Source: Fonticula alba ATCC 38817
Lineage: Eukaryota; Protista; Nucleariida
DNA: 31,058 nucleotides
Assembly: GCA_000388065.2 (NCBI GenBank)
Contig: KB932204.1
Direction: 5' to 3' (one strand)
In this document: in pieces, positions 22,257 through 31,058 of the stretch
Layout of the letters: the number at the start of each line of letters is the position of its first letter
How positions within the stretch are numbered: the first letter of the stretch is position 1
The notes under the pieces: model-generated
What the model was told of the DNA's origin: nothing
Databases searched by the model: none
What the model saw: only the letters and a program-made list of their open reading frames with translations
Position numbers and translations under genes: made by a program

Positions 22257-25200
22257 CGCACACATGAACATGCACTTACATACGGACGCGTGCACACCAC
22301 ACCCATGCCGGCGAATCAGATGCCCCAATCAGCAAGTACCTGGAGAATGCCCCCCCGATCCAGCATCTGTCCCTCAGCGCCCCCTGTGCGTGTGCCGCTC
22401 GGTCCTTGCTGGCCGCTGTGCATCTCGACTTGCCACCTCCCCCTTTTCCGGCCCCCTTTCCCGACTAACCACATCATGCATTTGGGGCCGATCAGTCCCC
22501 CAGACCCTGGGCGATGAAGGGTCACACCTGTATGAGGCCCTGCTCAAGCACGCCTCGACACTGGAGTCGCTGAGTCTCCAGAATTTCCACCTCGACCCGG
22601 TGCACCTCTCGGACCTGCTGGCGCGCCTGTCCCTGCGGAGGCTGCACCTGTCTGGTGCGCCATGTCCTCCGCTCATCGGCTGTCCCCCCCCCCCCCCGCA
22701 CATGGCCCTTGACCGTACCTCCCGCCGGTGTGCTGACATTCCTCGTGGGCTGCCTTTGATGTCCTTCTCCCCCTGGGAAGACTCCATCACCTTCGACGAT
22801 GAGGCCATGAAGCTGCTCGTGCCGGCCCTCGGCAAGTCCGCCTCTCTGTCCTTCCTGCGGTTGAAATGTACGCCCCCATGGTGATTGGCTTGCATGTTGC
22901 TTGGCCTGGCTTTGCTGCTAATACCCACCATGTAGCCCTGCTTTTGACCGAAAACTCGGCGGACTCCGTGGCAGAGCTCCTGGCGCAAAAGCCCCTGATT
23001 GCCGCCGATCTGTCGGGTGCGTTCTGCCTCTTCCCCTTTGCTTCGGCGAGCTTCGCCCTCCCCTTGTCCGGGCTGCCTTCGGCTTGCCAACTCCGGGCCC
23101 CTGACCCTGCGACATCGGCCATGTAGCTTTGAGCTTCGACAATGCGGCCCCTCTGGCTGGCATCGGACACTCGCTGGCCCAGGACACCTCCTCCCTCCGG
23201 GCGCTGCTGCTGAAGGGCTCCTCACTCGATACCGACATCACCAGCTCCATCTTGACCGGGGTTGCGCGCAACCAGCGCCTGGTCCACCTGGACCTCTCGG
23301 GTATGACGCTTCTCTGCTTGCATGCTCGCCGGCCACCTGCATCGGCATCCTCCCATTGCTGACTCTTGCTCCTCCCATTGCAACCCCCCCTCCCCCTCCC
23401 CGTGCACCTGCGCCCGGGCCATGTGCAGACAACAAGTACACCTCGGCCACCCTGCCGGCGGTTTTGGAGGTGGTCAAGCAGAATAACACCATCCAGTCGC
23501 TGGATATGCGCTGTGCGTAGGGCTCCGCTGCGCATACACACCGCCACTGCGGTCGCCTTTGCTCGCCACTTACACACACACACACACACACACACACGCA
23601 CGCACTCACACACTCACACCCTCCTCCTTGGGCCGCGCACGGGCCGAACACAGCCCCCTCGTGGCTTTTTGAGCTTAATCACTCCAACCTCATCATGGAA
23701 GCCGTTGGCGCAAATGAGGGCTCGCAGCTCTCCTCCTTCCTGCAGAACACCCACCCCGGGCTGGAGTTCCGTACGCCGATTCGACCGCCGGACCTTTTGC
23801 ACCCTGTGTGGGTCTCTCCCCGCGTCGCCTGCTTTCTGACACGGCCATACTCCCGCTCCTCGCGCACTTGCCCATCGCCCTTTCTTTTTTTTCCCCCACC
23901 GCATGCCATACCCACACACGTGTGACCAGATAACCTCCACCAAAACCGCATGAGCATGCAGGAGCAGATCCTTGAAGGCTCGAACCTGAATGCCATGAAC
24001 ATGTCCGTGGCACCGTCCAACATGGCCAGCATCCTGCGGACTATTCGGCAGATTGACGTGCCGACCCGGTCGCGAAACATCCTCTCTGACAACCCGGTAT
24101 CCGAGGACTATTGGTACATGCGGGCCGTGACTCCGGAAGATGTGGAGTATCTGGAGCATGCGGTGGCCACCGCCAACGAGAATGTCACCCGGAGCCGGCA
24201 CATCTTTGACACCGAGGCGCCCTCCGCGCAAGATGCCTCGCGTTGTGCGTAAATCCCTTCCCCTTGTGGGGTGCCTTTCTTTTTTTCTTCTTTTTCCCCC
24301 TGCCCTCCTCTCTTCCTCTCGAGCCCCCCTTTCGGCCTCGAGGGATGCTGGCGATGGCCCTTTCCCGTGCTGCTTTGCCCGCTTGCCTCGCTGTCCATGA
24401 CCGGCCGGCCCGGTCGGGGTGATGCCAGGCCGCTTCTATTCCTGCTGACCCCGGCCCTTTGTCCCTCTCCCCGGCAACTGGCAATTGCAGCCATCAATTT
24501 GAAGATTCGCCAGGCCGATCTTGCGGCGGACACTGCCGCCGCGGATCTGGCCCTACGCAGTGCCATCCTCCGCCGGCAGAATGTCGCCTTCCCGGAGAAT
24601 CTCTTTGCCTTCAACGCGCACCGAGGCCTGTTCATGGCACAGGGGGTGGCCAAGGCCCGGGGGTTCGAGACGCTGACCACCTCCGAGTACTTTGCCTTCC
24701 TGTCGAGCATCGAGTCGGACCTCTTCCCGAAGATCCTGCCCCAGCGGCTGGCCGCCTTCACTCCGAAGCTCCTGTGGAATTCGACGGTCTACAATCTGTA
24801 CCGGCACTCGTCGCGCATGCCGCTGCATCATGCCCTGTATTTGGGCATGCGGGTGGTGCACTTTGCCCAGCCGGAGCTTCCCCTCCCGCTGGCCGAGTCC
24901 TTTGTCAATTGGGACCAGCAAACCGCGCGCAAGTGGGTTGCAAGTGTGGTCGGCAGTGACTTTGCCACCTCCCTCGAGGGGGGCCTCCAGCTGCTGACCT
25001 TCGCCATGAGCCAGGATCGGAATATCTTGCAGCAGGAACCCACCACCCTGTCTATGAATCACCGGCCGCCGATCTTCTCCAAGAAGGCCCTGGCCGAGTT
25101 CGAGAAGAAGGTCAAGTTCGAAACCAATCGCCTGGCCGAGATCGACACCCCCGGCGGGCAGATGACCATTTGCACCTGGCGCCGGCTGAACACGCACGGC

Positions 25201-25473
25201 GTGTCGGCCCTGGTGCATCTGGGCCGTGATGGGGCCCGGAATGCGCTGAACATGTCGCGCCCCGAGCGTCTGGACCTCCAGCGCCGGGAGAAGGCCCTCG
25301 TGGGAGCTGTCCGTGCCCTGATCGCGTCCGAGTGCACCAGCGGCGTGCTGCCCATGTGGGTGGCTGCCTTCCCGCTTTTCCACCCGCTGGCATATGTGGC
25401 CCAGCATGTGAGTCAGACGGGCACGGTTCCGGCGACGGAGCAGCGCGGCGTCGCCAAGTGGGGCGACGAGTAG
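21903..25473 (+). CDS. RNI-like leucine-rich-repeat protein with an unrecognised C-terminal region (at least 745 aa; 5' end uncertain)
   Basis: Exons 21903/21909-22074, 22320-22385, 22496-22654, 22781-22867, 22936-23016, 23127-23300, 23429-23512, 23654-23770, 23930-24244 and 24491-25473 join in frame. LRR units: IQHLSLS, LESLSLQ, LRRLHLS, LSFLRLK, LIAADLS, LRALLLK, LVHLDLS, IQSLDMR. An upstream exon near 21334-21491 is possible. Confidence 0.75.
22221..22264. repeat. (CA)n microsatellite in an LRR gene intron
   Basis: Seen directly; a similar tract lies at about 23571-23618. Confidence 0.9.
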
Positions 25474-25838
25474 GGTGGATTCTTTCTTTTTTTTTTGGCC
25501 ATGTGTATACACGCTCGTTGCATATGTCCGTGTGTCCCTCTCAGCGCACGTACCCGGTGCCCACCTCTGGACTCGCCCATGTGTCCCCTACATGTGCAGC
25601 TCTGTGTATCTATTGTCGATGCCCTGCATGTGTGAGTGTGTTTGTGTGTAGGCCGGCCTCCGCGCATGTGCCCCCCCCCCTCTCCCTGATCGCCCGCCAG
25701 GCTGCGGGGGCGCTCGGCGTCTCTTGTCCTCCTTTCCCGTCCATGTATGCGTGGCTAGCCTCGTCTCGCCCCCCCCCCCCCCCCCCTCCGCCCCCGGCCT
25801 CCGAAATAAGACTACCCCTCAATGCATGCCTCGTCTCG

Positions 25839-25875
<37 letters not shown>

Positions 25876-27667
25876 CGCACACGCACACACGCACACCGAA
25901 TGATGCCTAAGCGACTGCAGAGGGAAATTGGCGTGAACACGGCGCATGGAGGCCCCAGGGGAATGTTCGGTCATGGCCGCGACCCCTCCCGTCCATTAGA
26001 GTAGGGGCCCCCCCCTGCTGTGCCTGCCTCTCTTCCTCTTCTTCTCTCGCTCCCTCTCCTTTTCCCTCTCTCTCTCTCTCTCCCCTACTTAGAATGCACA
26101 AAAAGACAGAATAGCCCTGGCCTTCTCTGCTGTCCCCGGTCGAGGGGGGGCCGTTCCACTGAGGGTGGACATTTTGGCGGCAGCCGGCGGATCAGGGCCC
26201 TTCCGTTGGGGGATTGACCAGTGGACCGATCCGATGGCATCTGCCCGTGGGAACATCTGTACCCGCCTGGGGAACAAACACACAATCCTCCCGAAGGAGC
26301 GGCAGCCCAGGGGGCGGCGGGCGCATGCGCTCCCACCTCATCAGGGCCAGCCCAAGGGTCTGCCCAGAGCGGCGCCGCATCCGGTAAGTACAGAAATGAG
26401 AGAACCGAGCCCCCCCCCCTCCTCCCGAGGGCGGAAGAAGCCCCGGCGACCGCCCTCAGAGGGGCGGGGGGAGTGGTTGCCGGGCAGGGATATGCTCGGC
26501 AATTCAGGGGCACAGGCCCCGCGGTCGGCCGGCCAGTCATATTTGCCCGAAGGGGGGGGGGGGGGGCGACGTCCGCACGGCCAGCGCTCCAGAGAAGCCC
26601 CGGGCATGTGGCCTGTGCCGGGCGGGCGGGCGGGCGGGCGGGCGGGCGCGGGGCCAAGAAGGCCGATCGATCGGCCGGCGGACGCCGGGCCACGGGGTAA
26701 ACACATCAGATTCCAAATTCTTGGTGCGCCGTGTTCTCCCGAGCACGCTGGGGCGGGGCGGGGGGGCAGGAGGACCGACCGACCGGAGGGGGCCGACGTG
26801 CAAGGACCGGATGGCTGATGTCACATCGGCCCGCACCCATGCGCGCCCTGAGGCCTGGCGCAGGGGCACCGGGCGGGGGGGGGGGGGGGGGGGGGGTGCG
26901 ACGGGGCAATACAGGGCCGAAGTCGGACGCGCGAAGAAGCCCCCCTGGGGCACTCTCGGGGAACATTACAGCCCCGGGGGCTTGAAGTCTGACCGGAACC
27001 GGCACCAGCCGTTGGGAGGTCATACCCCCCCTGCCCCCGCCCCACCTGCCCCTGCCATTCTGGCCTGGGGGGGGGGGGGGGCGACGAGACCCAAGGGGTA
27101 AGGACCCCCCCCCGGCCGTCTCGCGACTGAGCGGCGCCAGAGAGGGAGAGAGAGAGAGAGAGAGCCGTTGGAGGCAACACCGCTCGCGGGTCGCGCGCAT
27201 CCCCTCTCGGGACCAGGGCTGTGTGGCGATCGCCCGGGCCCGCCCCTTCCCCTGGAGCATGGGGGCCTGTCTCCGTGCAGGAGCATTCGCGAGCCGGGCT
27301 GTAGCGAGACTGGTGGATCCGCTCCACAGGGGGGCGGGGAGGGGGGAGATCGTCCCTGCGTCCGCCCCCCCCCCCCTTTCACCGCCGCCACAGGCGGGTC
27401 GAGGCAGATCGTTCGCCCCTGCTTGTGCCGCCTCGCTCGCCCCCTCCGGGGGTGTGGAGGGGTTCTCTTCGGACACCTTGGCCCCCGCGCGGCTGCCTGG
27501 CCAGCCCCGGTAGCCATCTCCTGCCGTGTGCTACCCCATCACCCTCCCCCCCCCCTTCCCTTTGCCTGCTGCCTGTCCCCTCCCCGCCCCCCCCCTCTGC
27601 CCTGCCGCATTTCCGTCCTGCCTGGCTCTGTCCTTGACCGTCCGCCATTTGCGGACCTTGAATCACC

Positions 27668-28625
27668 ATGTCCAAAGGCGCTCCCGGACCCCAGGCGTAT
27701 GAGATGGCCGTTCTCAAGGCCCCACCGTCGACTCAGGCCCACCCGGCAGATCGCCCGGACTTGGGTTTCACCTTCGCCACAATTGAGGTGCGCATCTAGG
27801 CCATCACCGCTGCCTCGCCCGTGTCCCCCTCCTTCAAATGCGGCCTTGCTAACTCGGCACCCTCCTGTCGGGGCTGGCCGCCCCCCTGGCCACCCCCCAG
27901 TCGCTTCTCCGGTGCTTTGCCCTTTTGGACCTCGACGGCGACGGGCTGATCCAGCTGCTTGAGTTGCGGATTCTCTTCCGGGCATTCAAGGTACGGGTGG
28001 CCCTCCCGGCTCGGCAGCCCCCCCCCCCCCCTGCCCGTTAATGACACGGTCACTAACCACCTTCTGTGTTCCTCTGGCAGACTGGCTATGATGAGAACTT
28101 CACGCGTAGCGTGCTCAGCATGTTTGATTTCGATCGCAGCGGCAGCATCGAGCATGAGGACTTCCTTTCGGTGCGCCGCTGTTGCTGTCGACTGCTGCAT
28201 CCCCCCTCGAGGCAGATCGCCCTGACACACGTCCCTCTCTCTCTCTCTCTCTTTCTCTCTCCTCCCAGCGGATGGCCCTTCTTCAGCACCGCGATCCGGT
28301 CATCTTCTCGAAGCTCCTGGCCAAGGTGAACTCGGATGCGGATAACACCGAACTCACTCGGTATACTCTTGGCTGCATGGTCAAGGTCCGGCCTGCTTGT
28401 CTTTCTGCCCCCCTCCGTTGTCCCTTTGATGCTCCTGCTCCCCCTCGCGTCTGTCTTTTGACCCTTTGCCCTTGCCTCCGTGGCCGTTTCCCGCCTCTCT
28501 CCCGCAGCTGGTTACCATCAATCAACTACGCCGGAGGTCCTCCCTCTACGTTCGGGATACACCACAGTGCGTACAATGTCGCCCTTTGGCCAGATATGTG
28601 TGGCGCCCGCCCCACACCGACCCAT

Positions 28626-28676
<51 letters not shown>

Positions 28677-30459
28677 CATATATATGGATTGGCTGACTGA
28701 AAGTCCTGACGCATGGGCAGGTCCACCGGCTCTGGAATCCAGTATCACACCATTAGGGCTGCCAAGCGTGCTGTTGGCCTGGAGGATGTGCGTGCTCCAT
28801 GCGCCTGTTGCCGTCGTCGGCGCCGGTGCTGTCCATGCGCATAGCTGAGAGTACATCTTCCATTTGACACCCTCGACTCACCACCCTCCCCATCCTCGTT
28901 GTACACACATACACACACGCTCTGGGCTGTTGGTGGGCGCCCGCAGAGCAAGACCGCCATGCCCACACATGTGCAGAAGCAACTGGTCGACGAGCGGAAG
29001 CGCACGAACCAGCGTATCCCCTGGTTTTTGTATTTGATCACCGTGGTCCAGGTGGCCATGGTGATCACTTCGCTCTTCATGAACAAGGGCATCCAGCCGA
29101 TCGGAGAGAACTTGATGATCGGTCCAAGCAACCAGATTCTCCTTCACCTGGGGGCCAAGTTTGGCCCCTGCATGCGGCCGGAGCCCTGGGTGGTGGCGGA
29201 GTTCCCCGACACCTTCCCCTGTCCCCCGGAGTATCAGGGGACATACCAGCCGAAGCGTGCGCTCTGCGTGGACCCTTTCCATCCTCTGCCCCGTACTTTT
29301 TTTGGCCCCCACTTCTTTCGACTGACACATACCCATGCGCGCACCCGCACCCGCGCACGCGCACGCACCCGCGCACGCGCACGCACCCGCACCCGCACAC
29401 ACACACACACACACACGCCTGTCCATGTGCGCCAGTTCCCGGAGGCGAGTGCACGTACTACATGGTCCTCGAGGAGAAGTGCGGCATGGGCGGATTCGGC
29501 ATGATGGACAGCATCCCACTCCAGGCGTGGCGCTTTATCACCCCGATGTTCTTGCATACCGGAGCCATTCACCTTATCATCAACATGATTTTCACCTCCT
29601 GGCGCGGGTTAGACATCGAGAAGAAGATCGGCTCCTTCCGGTTTATGATCATCTTTTGTTTGAGTGGCATCTTCGGCATTGCCTTCAGTGCGGCCATGAC
29701 ACCGAATCAGAGTACGTGAGCCCCCATGCTCAGGCCCATGTGTGCCGCGAAGTTCCCTCTCCCCTTCTCCCCTACTCTCTTTATCCCCTGCCCGTCCACT
29801 GATAATGCCCTCCCCCCCCCCCTTCATAGTTGCATGTGGATCATCCGCCTCCCTCTTCTCTTTGCTGGCCATTCTGAAGATCGATCTTTTCCTCAACTGG
29901 CGCGTGGTGCAAAACCCCTGGCGCCACTTGTTCACCCTGGTCGTACGTGGCATGCCCTGTCCATTCATTTGACCGCACATCCTCGCGCCAAGCGATTTGA
30001 GGGCCAAAAGGGGGGGGGCAAGAAGCATGCTCGCCAACTCCTGCCCACAGAAGATGGCAAGAGTACGGGCACGGAAGGGGTGAGCTCGAATGGAAACTGA
30101 CCCCCCCCCCCCCCACACACACACACACACAACGACACCCATCTATTTGACCTCAGGCTGTGGCGGTCATTCTCCTGGGCATCGGGCTTCTGCCATTTGT
30201 AGACAACTTCATGCAGATTGGTGGATACATCGCGGGGATCCTGTCGGCGGTGATCCTGGTGCCGCACATCAAGATTTCGGCGGCCGGGCGACGCTGGCGC
30301 GTGTTTGCCATCATCTGCGCCCTGCTCATCCTGGCTGGCATCTTCTTCGGGGTGTTCTACACCTTCTACGATGGCCAGGAGACCAACTACTGCTGGTGGT
30401 GCGAGGCACTCAACTGCATGCCTCAGGGAACGCCCTGGTGCGCAGGTGTCAGCTCCTGA
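27668..30459 (+). CDS. EF-hand-pair plus iRhom-like rhomboid membrane protein, predicted catalytically inactive; 10 exons, about 514 aa
   Basis: Exons 27668-27787, 27901-27990, 28081-28170, 28269-28385, 28508-28566, 28721-28787, 28947-29256, 29436-29711, 29830-29942 and 30157-30459 join in frame (1545 nt). EF loops: DLDGDGLIQLLE and DFDRSGSIEHED. Rhomboid motifs: NLMIGPS..LLHLGAKFGPCMR, QAWRFITPMFLHTGAIHLIINM, IEKKIG, GLLPFVDNF, C-terminal CWWCEALNCMP...WC. Confidence 0.85.
28627..28684. repeat. Compound (CA)n(TA)n microsatellite in rhomboid intron 5
   Basis: Seen directly inside intron 28567-28720; the only long AT-rich repeat in the window. Confidence 0.95.
29338..29416. repeat. (GCACSC)n hexamer repeat grading into (CA)n, in rhomboid intron 7
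   Basis: GCACCC/GCACGC units followed by ACAC, inside intron 29257-29435. Confidence 0.85.
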
Positions 30460-31058
30460 TGGGGGGGGGGGGGGGGGGGGCGACGCCTGTGTGAGCGTGC
30501 ATCGTGCACCCCTCGCCCCGTGGTATCTCTCCTCTGCCTCCACCGTTGTCGCTGCGTGTCCCCTCCCTGCCTGTGTTCGTGCGCCCGGCCGAGCCGCGGA
30601 GTAGCAGGGAGATGGGGTCGGAAAAAGACAAAAGACCAGGAAAAGAAATACACTGCCCTTGAGATGCAAGTGAAAAAGCGGGGATGCCCTCGGTGTGAGG
30701 GGGGAGGCAGAGAGGGGGCGGGAGAAAGGGAATGTCGCAAACGCCGATTGCCCGGCAACTGCTACTGCGGTTAGTGATGCTCGCTTCAATTAAGCCCGGT
30801 GAAGGCAGGTCCGCCCGCTTTGGCGGGTGGTCGCTTTATGAAATAATATTACCTCCCTTTGCTCGATCCTCTTTGAACGGTGTTTTGAATGATAGTGGGA
30901 TGTTTTAAGTGCGTTGGGGCATGGATCGCGCACCTGGGAAGGTGCGGGGTCCCTGGGAGGGTGCGGGGTCTGGACAGATGCAAGGCCCAGCAGCTGCCCT
31001 GCTCGGTCTCTCTCACTCCCGCCCTCGCTGTCTTTTTCCAACCAGAGTGCCCCCCCCC

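Noticed and set aside
26338-26344. Hammerhead-like CUGAUGA core (minus strand); another copy at about 13582 on the plus strand
   Set aside because: No GAAA after stem II and no three-way junction; the second copy lies inside the MTMR14 CDS.
26270-26391. U1 snRNA-like start (TACTTACC) plus a UUCG hairpin on the minus strand
   Set aside because: Lacks the U1-70K loop (GAUCACGAAG), the U1A loop (AUUGCAC) and a proper Sm site; it is simply the reverse complement of a plus-strand GTAAGTA donor.
6654-30459. A functional Ca2+/membrane-signalling gene cluster (C2-RasGAP, MTMR14, EF-hand rhomboid)
   Set aside because: The genes are interspersed with unrelated housekeeping genes, lie on both strands, and share no evident regulatory element; likely coincidental without synteny or co-expression data.
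1-31058. CRISPR arrays, tRNA/rRNA genes, transposase or reverse-transcriptase ORFs
   Set aside because: None recognisable; all repeats are simple microsatellites or homopolymers.

Overview
Eukaryotic, very GC-rich, intron-rich nuclear DNA with four N-gaps. The GC content, poly-C introns and opisthokont-like ATP synthase gamma suggest a unicellular opisthokont such as Fonticula alba; this is inference and was not verified. Most long six-frame ORFs are GC artefacts, so I rebuilt the real genes by hand from GT-AG splice sites. Eight protein genes in order: (1) 5' part of a TauE/SafE-like membrane protein (-, runs off the left edge); (2) an intronless D-Ala-D-Ala-ligase-like ATP-grasp enzyme fused to a C-terminal SET-like domain (+); (3) uroporphyrinogen-III synthase (+); (4) a C2-C2-RasGAP (-); (5) an MTMR14/Jumpy phosphoinositide phosphatase (-); (6) mitochondrial ATP synthase gamma (-); (7) an RNI-like LRR protein with an unrecognised C-terminal region (+); (8) an EF-hand-pair plus iRhom-like rhomboid (+). 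The best candidates for new biology are the EF-hand rhomboid, whose catalytic His is replaced by Gln and GxSG by GSSA (a putative Ca2+-sensing pseudoprotease), and the ATP-grasp-SET fusion. Also notable: a CGGC motif in ATP synthase gamma, an LRR gene whose nine introns are all phase 1, a near-universal +4C splice donor, and a structured intergenic RNA-like element. I found no tRNA, rRNA, CRISPR array or transposon. All gene models are manual and lack transcript support.
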